A stretch of 64,000 nt of DNA from Bacteroidales bacterium (GCA_046704385.1 JBJKSB010000079.1:51427-115426); one strand, 5' to 3'. Shown: positions 48,265-58,942, numbered from the stretch's first letter. The notes: a model not told the origin generated them from the sequence alone. A program made the numbers and translations.

Positions 48265-48963
48265 ATGAGATTTGACCAGCCTCTGGTTCATGGCACATTT
48301 ATAAATCGATACAAACGTTTTTTAACTGAAGTATTACTCGATAATGGTAAGCACGTTATGGCTCATTGTACTAATTCCGGTACAATGAAAAGTTGCCTTG
48401 AAGCAGGAGCGGAAGTTTACCTTTCAGAAAATAATAACCCCGCACGCAAAACCCGGTATACCTGGGAAATGATAAAAATTAACAATAACTGGGTGGGAAT
48501 CAATACACTCTGGCCAAACGAAATTGCGTATGAAGCAATTAAGGCTAATCGGGTTAAACAGCTTCCCCGATATAATATGGTAAAAAGGGAAGTGAAATTT
48601 AATGACAGCCGTTTCGATATCTATTGTGAATGTGAAACCGAAAAATGCTTTATTGAAGTAAAAAATGTTACCTACAAAGCAAACGAATATGCGTTATTCC
48701 CTGATGCCGTTACCACCAGGGGCCAAAAGCACCTGAATACCTTAATTGAAGTAAAAAAACAGGGGATGCGTGCGGTAATGTTATACATCATTCAACGAAT
48801 GGATGTTAATTGTTTTGGCCCGGCTACACATATTGATTCTGATTATTCCAAACTTCTAAAGAAAGCTGTTAATCAAGGCATTGAAATTATAGCTTTGCAA
48901 GCCCGGGTTACTCCCCAAGGCATAGAAATAGCAGGTGAATTACCGGTCGATTTAAATACTTAA
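48265..48963 (+). CDS. sfsA: Sugar fermentation stimulation protein / DNA-binding nuclease-fold protein SfsA
   Basis: F..PLVHGTFINRYKRFLTEVLLDNGKHVMAHCTNSGTM... and FPDAVTTRGQKHL are hallmark SfsA blocks. Confidence 0.85.
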   Translation: MRFDQPLVHGTFINRYKRFLTEVLLDNGKHVMAHCTNSGTMKSCLEAGAEVYLSENNNPARKTRYTWEMIKINNNWVGINTLWPNEIAYEAIKANRVKQLPRYNMVKREVKFNDSRFDIYCECETEKCFIEVKNVTYKANEYALFPDAVTTRGQKHLNTLIEVKKQGMRAVMLYIIQRMDVNCFGPATHIDSDYSKLLKKAVNQGIEIIALQARVTPQGIEIAGELPVDLNT

Positions 48964-49490
48964 GCTGGTTTTTTATCATGAGAGAACCCGTTTATACGAT
49001 TTATTTTAAATCGAATCCGCAATCGAAATATTTTAGTCAGTTTTTGAATAGCCGTATTGGTAATAGTTATTTTATGCTGATATATCAAAGCCATAAAATA
49101 GAAAAATATCAGGTTAACCACTGCCTGCCATAAGGTAGATTCAAGTACGTTGGGTGTACGTCCAAAATAATGAATGGCAAATAAAATTAAAAAAGCCTGT
49201 ATGGTTGGAATTACCGTTGCCAGTATAAGAGAAATTGAACTCCGGGGATTTTGTTTAGCAAGCCGTTCGCACGAACGTGTATTATAACCTGCCATAAACA
49301 GATTAAAGAAAAACTGTTTCCAAAAGCTTGCAAATGCAGGCCAAAATCCATGCTCATAGTTAATAAAAAAAACAATGGTGCCGGTGATTATTCCGGAAAG
49401 CACCCCCATCTTAAAATTAAATATCCTGTTTAAATAGCACCATACTTTTAAATACGAATTTGTTTTATACCTTGTCCTGTCGAAAACCAT
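48960..49490 (-). CDS. Hypothetical integral membrane protein
   Basis: About 4 predicted TM helices and no recognised family. The start is uncertain (ATG at 49490, or TTG at 49520 in the ORF track). Its stop overlaps the sfsA stop convergently. Confidence 0.4.
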   Translation of the reverse strand: MVFDRTRYKTNSYLKVWCYLNRIFNFKMGVLSGIITGTIVFFINYEHGFWPAFASFWKQFFFNLFMAGYNTRSCERLAKQNPRSSISLILATVIPTIQAFLILFAIHYFGRTPNVLESTLWQAVVNLIFFYFMALIYQHKITITNTAIQKLTKIFRLRIRFKINRINGFSHDKKPA

Positions 49491-49590
49491 CAGCGAATTT
49501 TGGGTTTTTGGTTTATCCAAAAATAGAAATTATATTAAATTATTAAACAAAATAATTAATAAAGCGTATTTAGGAATTAATAAACAGTGT

Positions 49591-52500
49591 GTGGTGAATA
49601 GACTTCTTCTTTCATTTGTTTTTGTTTTTAGCTTAATTTATACTTACGCCTTCGATCTTGATTACAGGTTTCATCATCTTGACCTGGAAAACGGGTTACC
49701 CCAAAGTTCAGTTTTAAGCGTATTTGAAGATTCACGGGGTTTTATCTGGTTGGGTACTTATGATGGGCTTTGCCGTTTCGACGGAAAACAATTAAAGGTA
49801 TTCCTGCCTAAAGAAAATGACAATTATACTATTGATGCCGGATCAATATACAAAATCCAGGAAGGTTTCGATCACAAAATTTACATTGCATCCGCAGGTG
49901 GATTAAATGTATATGATCCTTATACTGAGTTTTTTAAGTATTATATAACGGATTCCACTCCAAGCTCAATTGCAGGAAATATTATTTATGATATTCTGGT
50001 TTCTTCCGATAGTTCTGTTTGGATTGCTACCTATGACGGAGTCAGTCATTATTTTCCAAAAAACCAGACTTTTAAAACATACCCTTTCGGCGAAAAACGC
50101 GAGCATGGTTATCCGGAATATACTGCGGTTTCATTATATGAAGACGATAATAAAAATATCTGGATCGGAACTTATGGAGGTGGTTTGTGCTTATTTGATA
50201 AGAAAGATGAAAGTTTTACCCTTTTCGAAAATAAGCTGAACTCTGATAATTTATATAATGATAATGTCATCAACCAGATTCAACCGGGTAATGAGAATAA
50301 TATTATTTTGGTAACAGAAGGGGAGACTTTTAGATTTAACTTAAAGAACAGAACCTATTACAAAGCTTTTCATAAAAATATTATAGCCTCTTCGGTAACA
50401 CTTGACACGAATAAAAATATTTGGGTCGCCACAAGAAATAATGGCCTTTATGTAATCGATCAAAGTGGTATAATTCAGCACATCACTCATATTTCGGATA
50501 ATAATTTATCGTTGCCATCAAATAATCTGAATCTGGTTTACTGTGATAATAAATCGAATATGTGGGTGGGCTTGATAAACAAGGGAGTTGCTTTTATAAA
50601 TATAAACCAGGAGCATTTTTATAATTATTTTAAGAAAAACAATAGCAACTCGCTCATTGGAAATGAAGTTTTTGGATTGGCTGAGGATAATACTGGAAAT
50701 ATTTGGGCTGGTACGGTAAATGGGTTAAGTATATTTAATCCTGTCACTAATAATTTTAAAAACTTATCAGCCGGACAAAATAATTCAATAAGTGATAACA
50801 GCATTTGGGATATATTATATGACCGGGATGGTTACATGTGGCTGGGTACTTCGAAAGGAGTTGACCGGTATTCATTCAAAACCGGAAAGTTTAAACATTT
50901 TGAACATAATTCACAGGATTCAAACTCGCTACCCAGTAACGAAATTTATTTTCAGGAACGCGACAGTCAGGGTAATATCTGGATAGGATCGTATCAGGGA
51001 CTGGCCCGTTACTCTAAAAAAAACGGTAAGTGGACATCCTATAATTCAACCAAAAACAGAGCATTTGCTAATAAAATAATCTGGGCGATTTATTCCGACT
51101 CACAAAACCGCTTATGGATAGGTACCGATATGGGCTTGTACAAATATGAACCCCAAAAAGACAGATTTAGCATTTTTGGTACTGTTAATGACTCTAACAG
51201 ATATCTTTCGCAGGCTGAAATAGGCTATATAATTGAGGATAGCGAAAATAACCTTTGGTTGAGCACGCAAATGGGACTGGTGAAATATAACCCGGAGACC
51301 AACCGGATGAAACGCTTCACCATTGAAGACGGTCTGCCCAGTAATGTAATATATGGGATTATTGAAAAAGGTAATTATATATGGTTCACCTCAAACAAGG
51401 GATTAACCAAAATGAATAAGTATACATATTCTCTTGCAAATTTTGATAGTAATGATGGCTTACAAAGTAATGAATTTAATAAAGCCACTTTAAAATTAAA
51501 AAATGGCTATTTTATGTTTGGAGGTATTAATGGCATTACTATGTTCAATCCTGATGAAATAATGGATGAACCCGTAGAACCCGACCTGTATTTCACAAGC
51601 CTTAGTCTTAACGGAGAATTGGTACATCCTAATGATAAACGATTTGGTTTAACTCCTCTTACTGAATCGGTTGTGTTTGCTAACAGGATCGACCTGAGCT
51701 ACAATGAAAAGCTGGTGGTTATCGATTTTGCCGCACTTGAATATCCGTTGAATAAAAAAATAAAATACAGGTACCGCATTTTACCTAACTCTAAAAACTG
51801 GATTTCATTAAATGATAAAAATTCTGTTACTTTCACCAACTTCCCTCCCGGAAAGTACAAACTCGAAATTCAATGTACAACTAGCGAACAGGTTTGGCTA
51901 AATAAAACAAAATCGCTGCTTATAGTGGTTCACCCTCCATTTTACATGCAAAAATGGTTTTATTTAATTGAAGTATTAATAGCATTCCTTTTAATATTCT
52001 TGTATGTACGACGTCGGATGGCACGTATCGAGAAAACCAACCACAGACTTGAGCAAATTGTCAGGGAACGTACAGAAGAAATCAGCGCACAAAAAGAAGA
52101 GCTTGAAATTCAACGTGACAGAATCTCGGAACAAAAAACCAAAATTGAAAAATTTGCCGAAGACCTTGAGAATAAAGTAATGCTAAGAACAGAAGAATTA
52201 CTTGTTGCAAAAGAAAATGCTGAAGAATCGGACCGGTTAAAATCGGCATTTTTGGCAAATATGAGCCACGAAATCAGAACGCCGATGAATGCTATAATAG
52301 GATTTTCTGATCTTCTGTCGTCTCCGGGACTATCGGATGACGAAAAGAAAGCCTACATAGACTTAATTCGCACCAACAGTGATACGTTATTGAATTTATT
52401 AAATGACATAATTGATATTTCTTTAATTGAATCGGGAAAGATTTTTATTTCTCCCAAAGAGGTTTCTGTTACAAAGCTTTTAACAAAAATTTATGACGAA

Positions 52501-52938
52501 TACAAACATAAAAAGATTCTTTTAGATAAACCAAGGATTAATTTCACGCTTGATATCTCATCCGTTGTTGATTATGCTATTTATATTGATTCGTTCAGAT
52601 TCCGGCAAATTGTCGGAAATCTGGTTTCGAATGCCATAAAATATACTTCAGACGGCAAAGTTGAAATATCGGCTTACAATTCGAACAATAACCTTTTAAT
52701 CACAGTTAAGGACACCGGAATTGGCATACATCCTGAACATCACGACAAAATATTCGACCGTTTTCATAAAATAGACGATAGTGATACCAATCCTTACCGG
52801 GGAAGCGGATTAGGTTTGGCTATTTCAAAGAACCTGGTGGAACTTATGGGCGGCAAAATCTGGTTGGAATCTGAGCCCTTTGTTGGATCAACTTTCTATT
52901 TAAGTTTTCCGGGAATTCACCCACATTCCCCAAAGTAA
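49591..52938 (+). CDS. Two-component-regulator-propeller / Y_Y_Y sensor histidine kinase (no receiver or AraC domain)
   Basis: Signal peptide and many Reg_prop repeats (G.IWIGTY.GL..FD). A Y_Y_Y-like region precedes the TM (FYLIEVLIAFLLIFLYV), followed by a coiled coil, the HisKA box FLANMSHEIRTPMNAI, and a HATPase (KDTGIGI...GSGLGLAISK). The start is GTG. Confidence 0.85.
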   Translation: MVNRLLLSFVFVFSLIYTYAFDLDYRFHHLDLENGLPQSSVLSVFEDSRGFIWLGTYDGLCRFDGKQLKVFLPKENDNYTIDAGSIYKIQEGFDHKIYIASAGGLNVYDPYTEFFKYYITDSTPSSIAGNIIYDILVSSDSSVWIATYDGVSHYFPKNQTFKTYPFGEKREHGYPEYTAVSLYEDDNKNIWIGTYGGGLCLFDKKDESFTLFENKLNSDNLYNDNVINQIQPGNENNIILVTEGETFRFNLKNRTYYKAFHKNIIASSVTLDTNKNIWVATRNNGLYVIDQSGIIQHITHISDNNLSLPSNNLNLVYCDNKSNMWVGLINKGVAFININQEHFYNYFKKNNSNSLIGNEVFGLAEDNTGNIWAGTVNGLSIFNPVTNNFKNLSAGQNNSISDNSIWDILYDRDGYMWLGTSKGVDRYSFKTGKFKHFEHNSQDSNSLPSNEIYFQERDSQGNIWIGSYQGLARYSKKNGKWTSYNSTKNRAFANKIIWAIYSDSQNRLWIGTDMGLYKYEPQKDRFSIFGTVNDSNRYLSQAEIGYIIEDSENNLWLSTQMGLVKYNPETNRMKRFTIEDGLPSNVIYGIIEKGNYIWFTSNKGLTKMNKYTYSLANFDSNDGLQSNEFNKATLKLKNGYFMFGGINGITMFNPDEIMDEPVEPDLYFTSLSLNGELVHPNDKRFGLTPLTESVVFANRIDLSYNEKLVVIDFAALEYPLNKKIKYRYRILPNSKNWISLNDKNSVTFTNFPPGKYKLEIQCTTSEQVWLNKTKSLLIVVHPPFYMQKWFYLIEVLIAFLLIFLYVRRRMARIEKTNHRLEQIVRERTEEISAQKEELEIQRDRISEQKTKIEKFAEDLENKVMLRTEELLVAKENAEESDRLKSAFLANMSHEIRTPMNAIIGFSDLLSSPGLSDDEKKAYIDLIRTNSDTLLNLLNDIIDISLIESGKIFISPKEVSVTKLLTKIYDEYKHKKILLDKPRINFTLDISSVVDYAIYIDSFRFRQIVGNLVSNAIKYTSDGKVEISAYNSNNNLLITVKDTGIGIHPEHHDKIFDRFHKIDDSDTNPYRGSGLGLAISKNLVELMGGKIWLESEPFVGSTFYLSFPGIHPHSPK

Positions 52939-52975
52939 TCCGCATACATTTTCGTTATTAATTTAATTCAGGAAA

Positions 52976-54328
52976 TCATCCCTCAATATTGCTTTCCGAA
53001 CGATCAATCAATGATTGAGGTAATTGTTTTGTAGATTTTGCCCCCAGGTTTTTCAATTCTTCGGCCCGGCGAACCAAATTACCTTTTCCCTCACTCAATT
53101 TGTTCATGGAAGCTTCGTACGATTTTTGGGTTTGCTTTAATTTGTTGCCCACATCAATTAAATCATCAATTAAACCCACAAATTTATCGTATAAATCACC
53201 ACTCTTTTTTGCAATTTCAAGGGCATTCCGGGTCTGATTTTCCTGTCGCCATATAGACGAAATGGTTAAAAGCGTGGCAATTAAAGTAGATGGGCTTACA
53301 ATAACAATTTTACTATCCCAGGCAAAATTAAATAAACGGGTATCCTCTTTTACAGCTATACTAAATGATGACTCAATGGGCAAAAACATTAACACATATT
53401 CGGGTGAGTTTATTCCATCAAGAGTATAATATTGCTTATCGGATAATTCCTTAATGTGCGATTTAATTGAGTCGAGGTGTAACTTTAAAAACTTTTCATA
53501 ATCTTCCTGTGTTTGAGAATTAACTAACTGCTCATAGGCAACAAGCGAAACCTTGGAATCAATAATTATATTCTTGTTTTCAGGAAGGTAAACTACTACA
53601 TCGGGCTGGTATTTTTTTCCTTCATTATTAATCAAACTAACCTGGGTTTTATATTCTCTTTCTTTTTCAAGACCACTGTTTTCAAGGATACGCTCAAGAA
53701 TAACCTCACCCCAGTTTCCCTGCTTTTTCACATCTCCTTTTAAAGCTTTGGTTAAATTATTAGCCTCCTCACTAATTTTGGCGTTCAAATCGTAAAGTTT
53801 TTTAATTTCAGCCTGTAAATCAGTCCGGTCCTTAACGTTCTTCACATAGGTCTCCTCTACCTTTTTCTCAAAATCCTTCAATTTCTCGTTTAAAGGTTTT
53901 AATACCTGGTCAAGGTTGTCTTTATTCTGCTGGGTAAATTTCTGTGTCTTTTCTTCAAGAATTTTATTTGCCAGGTTGGTAAAATGTTCGGTGGATTGCT
54001 TTTGCATTTGCTCAATCTCATTTTTCTGATTATCGAGCTTATCTTTAAGATTTTTAAAATCGGTGCGGCTTTCTGCCAGCAAGGCATTTAATTTAATTAC
54101 ATTTTCTCTTTCACCCTGTAAACCCGATTTTGATTCATCAAGTTGTTCTTTTAATGTTGTATGGCGTTCCAAAGCAATTTGAAGCTCAGTGTTTTTTTCA
54201 CCCAATTCCTGTTCAATGGCCAATAATCTTATTTCAGCATCTGATTTTTTGCTCTTTTGGATTTTCAATACTAAAAAAGCGATAAATGCTCCCAATATTA
54301 ATCCAATGGCTAAGTACAATAATTCCAT
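52976..54328 (-). CDS. rmuC: DNA recombination protein RmuC
   Basis: N-terminal TM, a long coiled coil, and the C-terminal RmuC nuclease-like block (KQGNWGEVILERILE...PDVVVYLPENKNIIIDSKVSL...YVLMFLPIES). Confidence 0.85.
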   Translation of the reverse strand: MELLYLAIGLILGAFIAFLVLKIQKSKKSDAEIRLLAIEQELGEKNTELQIALERHTTLKEQLDESKSGLQGERENVIKLNALLAESRTDFKNLKDKLDNQKNEIEQMQKQSTEHFTNLANKILEEKTQKFTQQNKDNLDQVLKPLNEKLKDFEKKVEETYVKNVKDRTDLQAEIKKLYDLNAKISEEANNLTKALKGDVKKQGNWGEVILERILENSGLEKEREYKTQVSLINNEGKKYQPDVVVYLPENKNIIIDSKVSLVAYEQLVNSQTQEDYEKFLKLHLDSIKSHIKELSDKQYYTLDGINSPEYVLMFLPIESSFSIAVKEDTRLFNFAWDSKIVIVSPSTLIATLLTISSIWRQENQTRNALEIAKKSGDLYDKFVGLIDDLIDVGNKLKQTQKSYEASMNKLSEGKGNLVRRAEELKNLGAKSTKQLPQSLIDRSESNIEG

Positions 54329-54486
54329 CTGTTTATATTTAATTTTTATTGATATTAATTTTCATTTCATTGTTAAATTTACAATTATCCTGACAAGGAA
54401 TTGCCTCAAAATTCTTTTAATAAAAAGCAATACTATTATTGCCTGTTCATGTTAATTATATTGTTATTTTAGCATAATTTTTCAAA

Positions 54487-56649
54487 ATGAAGTCATTTCA
54501 AATTATATGGTTTTTAATTCCTTTGTACAGCATCGGCTTATCCCAATCGCTGTCTGATTCCCTGATTTTTTCCGATTCAACAAAAAGCACGGAGGAAAAG
54601 ATTTCAAAAGTATTCGAATTTTGTGAAAGCAATTTAGATAAAAATCCCGGACAAGTGTATCAAATACTTTCCAAAAGCCGAAATAGGATGCCCGAAAAAA
54701 TTTCTGAAAAAGCAACAGCAAAATTTGACTATTATCTTGCTCAATATTTTTATAATGTTGAATTAATTGATAGCGCATATTTTTATTTTAATCAATCAGA
54801 CAGTTTAAAAACATTTTTGACCCAAAAGCAGGTCTTCAACACATTGTTAAATCTATCTGTTATTTCGTCGGTTAAAGGGGAATTAAAAATTTCTACCGAA
54901 TTCCTGGCAAAAGCCGGAAAGTATATCGAAAATAGTTCAAATGATACATTTAAAGGATTGGTTTTTCAACAAATGGCCTACTTAAAAATGCTTGACAGCA
55001 ATTATCCGGAAGCATCAACCCTTTATCAAAATGCGCTTAATAAGTTTCGGTCAACCAACGACACCCTGAATACTGGCTTGGTATTTACAAAAATTGCAGA
55101 ATTATACTCTATAATGGGCAATTATCCCCTGGCTACCGATTACCTTGAAAAAGCTGAACACCTGTTTCAAAAAACTGACAATAAAAAATATCTGGGTCGC
55201 TGCCTCCTTCAAAAGGGCAAAACACAAATGATGGCAGCAAAATATAATGATGCATTTACTTCGCTCACCAAAGCCGAGAATTTGCTGATATCAGTTAACG
55301 ATAGCCTAAACTTAGCTACAACCTATATTAAACTGGCAAAAACCAGCGAATTGCTTAAGAATTTTAATGAATGTGCTTTATATCTGAATAATGCTGTTAC
55401 AATTGCCCAGGCTTTAAAAAGCAGTGAATTAGAAGCAGAAGTTTACGCTGGTTTTGGTGATATGTATGCCTCAACCGGCAATTTGTATAAAGCAGTAAGG
55501 TATTACAATCGTTGTCTTTCCACATTTAACGGATCAGATAATAAAAATTTGCGCTGTGATATATATTTAAAATTATCGAATAATTATTCCTTATTAAAAA
55601 AGTTCGACAATGCATACAAATTCCAGGTTTTGTATAATGCCGTCGATCGTAGTATTTTAATGGAAAAAAACTCGGAATATACTGCCCGGATGGATAAACA
55701 ACTGGATGATGTAATTAAAAATGCAGAAAACGAAAAAAAAGTATTGCAAACCGAATTATCGCTTCTGGGGGAAAGCAAACATAAAAAAGAGACCATTACC
55801 AAATTGCTGATTTTAGGATTATTTATGAGTGTCTTAGTCTTAATTTACCTGGTATTTAGAATCAGAAATAAGAATTTGCTTCGGGTAAAAGAACTAACTG
55901 AGAAAATTAATGATCAAAAAATCAGGCTTAAAAAAAGCCAGAACGACTACGAAAAATTTAAGAAAACCTCAGACAGAATACTTAATATAACCACAAACAA
56001 TATGTGGGAACCTTTTTTAGTACTCGACAAGCTTTCAGAAGAAATTCAGATTCAGGATAATACAAAGCAAAATTATTCACTGGAATCCTTCTCTGAAAAC
56101 GATCAGCTGATAATGGCCCGAAATCTATTGGAAAATGTTCTTTATTGGGCTAAAAACCAACTGGGTCTGCTTGATTTTCATCCTCAAAATTATATGGGCG
56201 AAGAGATAATAAAACCAATAGTTGCCATCCAAATGCTACGCGCCAGGGCGAAAAATATCGAAATTGAATTAAAACCAAACAGTCAGGCTCTTATTTATGC
56301 TGATAAAACTTTACTTCAGGTAGCATTAAGGAATATTATTGAAAATGCCCTGAAATTCTCCACCGAAAATGGTAAGGTCATTATTGAAATTCACGATAAT
56401 AATAAAATTACCGAGATTATTGTGAAAGATAACGGAGTGGGTATGACCCGCGAACAGATTAACATGCTATTTGTAAAGGAGAAACCCTACTTTGCCTCTG
56501 GTACTCATGGAGAAAAAGGTGCTGGCATAGGGTTAGCCCTTACCAAAGTTTTTATTGAACGAAATTTTGGAAATCTCCATATTGAAAGTTCCATTGCACG
56601 TGGCACTATAGTTAAAGTAAGCCTTCCCTCAATTTCAGGATATAGTTAG
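54487..56649 (+). CDS. TPR sensor with a C-terminal HATPase_c kinase-like module (H-box apparently degenerate)
   Basis: Signal peptide, about 400 aa of TPRs, one TM (LLILGLFMSVLVLIYLVF), a coiled coil, and a HATPase (NALKFS...KDNGVGM...GAGIGLALTK). At the expected H-box position the sequence reads ITTNNMWEPFLVL. Confidence 0.7.
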   Translation: MKSFQIIWFLIPLYSIGLSQSLSDSLIFSDSTKSTEEKISKVFEFCESNLDKNPGQVYQILSKSRNRMPEKISEKATAKFDYYLAQYFYNVELIDSAYFYFNQSDSLKTFLTQKQVFNTLLNLSVISSVKGELKISTEFLAKAGKYIENSSNDTFKGLVFQQMAYLKMLDSNYPEASTLYQNALNKFRSTNDTLNTGLVFTKIAELYSIMGNYPLATDYLEKAEHLFQKTDNKKYLGRCLLQKGKTQMMAAKYNDAFTSLTKAENLLISVNDSLNLATTYIKLAKTSELLKNFNECALYLNNAVTIAQALKSSELEAEVYAGFGDMYASTGNLYKAVRYYNRCLSTFNGSDNKNLRCDIYLKLSNNYSLLKKFDNAYKFQVLYNAVDRSILMEKNSEYTARMDKQLDDVIKNAENEKKVLQTELSLLGESKHKKETITKLLILGLFMSVLVLIYLVFRIRNKNLLRVKELTEKINDQKIRLKKSQNDYEKFKKTSDRILNITTNNMWEPFLVLDKLSEEIQIQDNTKQNYSLESFSENDQLIMARNLLENVLYWAKNQLGLLDFHPQNYMGEEIIKPIVAIQMLRARAKNIEIELKPNSQALIYADKTLLQVALRNIIENALKFSTENGKVIIEIHDNNKITEIIVKDNGVGMTREQINMLFVKEKPYFASGTHGEKGAGIGLALTKVFIERNFGNLHIESSIARGTIVKVSLPSISGYS

Positions 56650-56732
56650 TACTTATTGGAAAACTCCGGATTTTCATCAAATAAATCTCATGAACAATAA
56701 AATATACTATTACCCGTAATATTAACGATTGA

Positions 56733-56781
56733 ATAAACCAGGTATTATCTATTCCGGTTTATCAACGTTTTCGTTTTTTTT
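56733..56781 (+). terminator. Candidate terminator of the TPR kinase-like gene
   Basis: The hairpin ataaaccagg / ccggtttat (one bulge) is followed after 4 nt by gttttcgtttttttt. Confidence 0.5.
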
Positions 56782-56885
56782 ATAAAATATTGTGGATATA
56801 TTACTGAATAAACCCATTAAACTTTAAAAAAATATTTAGCTTTATTAAAATTTGAAATTTATTATAAACTGCTTACTAGAAAAAA

Positions 56886-58922
56886 ATGAGAAAATTTACT
56901 TTACTTTTCGTTTTCCTGGCGTTCACAAGCTTAACATTTGCTCAATCAGAATGTGGCTATACTCATGGAGGAACACCGGAAAAGGCCATAAAAAACTTAC
57001 ACCCCAAGTCATTAGGGGTTTTAATTTGGTCTGAAGATTTTAACGGTACAAAATGGAATTCAACCGTTGTTAGTGATCAAAATGGGTACAAGTATAATAC
57101 AGCCGCTTCACTACCTGAAGGCTGGTCGGTTTCTGAAAAATATAAAGGTCTGACTGCTAATCCGGATTATGGTTATTTCCACTGGTCTGACGTAGGCCCT
57201 CGTGGTGCTTACACCTCAGATGATCCGTTTAAACCTTTTAATGATTTGCTTCAGGTTTTCCCCGACGGCACCACAATTAACAATGGATTCATGATGTTGG
57301 AAAGTGATTTTGCAAATACAACAGAACAAGGTCAAATAACATCCAGTCCTGTAGACATGGACTCATACATTCAATATGGCCCAATTGATTTTTCAGCCTA
57401 TAATGGCGCTATATTTAATGTAAAAACGATGTATCGGTATTGCTGCTCCAGCACTGACTCAAAATTAGAATTAGAAATCAGCAACAATTATGACCCAACA
57501 ACAAAAATTGGCGATTGGATAGATATAGCCCTGAATGTTTTAACTCAACCTTCGGAATATACTCGCGCTGCAGAAAGGGATTTCTATAAAAACATCAGTA
57601 AATATATTGGTACCGGAGCTCAAAGTAAAGCCGTTTATTTCAGATTAAGACAAATCGCGGCAAGTCATTATTTTTGGATTTTTGATGATATAAAATTTTA
57701 TGAGCCCCCAAAAAACGACCTTGTGCTTAAGGATGGATTTGCCGATTATATTTTAGATGCAGAAAATGGCTATCCCGTAAGCAATACACCATCCAATAAT
57801 TTTTGGGGTGGATTTACGGAAATTCCCTTATCCGTTACCGGACCTTTCATAAAATTCAGGGCTGCTGTTGAAAATAACGGATATAGTGATGCTACCAACG
57901 CAAAAGCGGAAGTTAGTATTTCTAAAGATGGTGTAAATGACTATTCAGCTTCTTCTACTCCGAAAACTGTATCAGCATTTGGGTTAGATACTTTAAAAAT
58001 TACGACCTCGTACACCCCTTCAGATGTAGCAAATTACCAGGTTTCATTAACGGTAAGCATGGATGGGGACGATGAACAACCTGATGACAATACCTGGTTA
58101 TACAATTTCCAGGTAACCGCTTCACGTTATTCCAGAGTTCGTCATGGTTATGAAAGTAGATTCTGGGCTGCAAGTCCAGGTGACTGGGTTGATGGCGGAT
58201 ACGATGGCGATGCCTGCATTCAGGAATTTCTACTTCCAAATGACGGCACCAAAGTAAGAGGTGTTAGTGTATATATTTCCGACTACAGCGGATCAACGGC
58301 TGAATTACAGTCTATTAATAATGGAGAATTCTCCATGATTGGCCGCTTATACAAAGTAGACCAAACCGGTAATATTGTTGATGCAGGAATTAAATCTCAA
58401 CTCTACAGTTTATCTATCAGCGATACCGCTAAATGGATTACCCTGAAATATATTGATGAAGGCAACCTTGTATTATCGGCCGGAGAATATTTTGCAGGAA
58501 TTGAAACCTATACCGGTGACCATAATTTACATTTTTACATTGGCAATGACCCTAGTGGTCCAAAACAACCCAACAAAGGTGGGCTTATGTATTTTACAAA
58601 AGCCACTACCCCAGGATGGTATTTAACCGGTGATAACCTGGCTATCGATTTATTAATCTTTGATCCAAACAAAGTTCCTGAAACAGTTTCAAATCCTGTC
58701 TCAATTTATCCGAATCCATTCGATAATTATTTAACACTGGATAATTTGGATAATGCCACTCGAATTACCGTTTACAGTGTACTGGGTCAGGCAGTAATGA
58801 CTGTTCCGGTAACTGAAAGCAAAATGGAAATAAATACCGATAACCTGGATAAAGGAATTTACCTGATATCCATTTTTGATGGTTACAAAAATTTAAAAAC
58901 TCAAAAATTAATTAAGAAATAA
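56886..58922 (+). CDS. Secreted protein with a T9SS type A C-terminal sorting domain (cargo of unknown function)
   Basis: Signal peptide MRKFTLLFVFLAFTSLTFAQ. The C-terminus VSIYPNPFDNYLTLDNLDNATRITVYSVLGQAVMTV...GIYLISI is a typical Por/T9SS CTD. Confidence 0.75.
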   Translation: MRKFTLLFVFLAFTSLTFAQSECGYTHGGTPEKAIKNLHPKSLGVLIWSEDFNGTKWNSTVVSDQNGYKYNTAASLPEGWSVSEKYKGLTANPDYGYFHWSDVGPRGAYTSDDPFKPFNDLLQVFPDGTTINNGFMMLESDFANTTEQGQITSSPVDMDSYIQYGPIDFSAYNGAIFNVKTMYRYCCSSTDSKLELEISNNYDPTTKIGDWIDIALNVLTQPSEYTRAAERDFYKNISKYIGTGAQSKAVYFRLRQIAASHYFWIFDDIKFYEPPKNDLVLKDGFADYILDAENGYPVSNTPSNNFWGGFTEIPLSVTGPFIKFRAAVENNGYSDATNAKAEVSISKDGVNDYSASSTPKTVSAFGLDTLKITTSYTPSDVANYQVSLTVSMDGDDEQPDDNTWLYNFQVTASRYSRVRHGYESRFWAASPGDWVDGGYDGDACIQEFLLPNDGTKVRGVSVYISDYSGSTAELQSINNGEFSMIGRLYKVDQTGNIVDAGIKSQLYSLSISDTAKWITLKYIDEGNLVLSAGEYFAGIETYTGDHNLHFYIGNDPSGPKQPNKGGLMYFTKATTPGWYLTGDNLAIDLLIFDPNKVPETVSNPVSIYPNPFDNYLTLDNLDNATRITVYSVLGQAVMTVPVTESKMEINTDNLDKGIYLISIFDGYKNLKTQKLIKK

Positions 58923-58942
58923 CCAGTAAAATAAAATAATGT

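Noticed and set aside
48960-48963. Convergent overlap of the sfsA stop with the stop of the 48960-49490 membrane-protein ORF.
   Set aside because: It is a simple shared TTAA at the two stop codons. This is noteworthy only because it leaves no room for terminators, and the membrane-protein ORF itself is a low-confidence call.
56791-56799. tgtggatat, an 8/9 match to the DnaA box TGTGGATAA.
   Set aside because: It is a single isolated copy in a promoter-proximal spacer. In AT-rich sequence it is consistent with chance.
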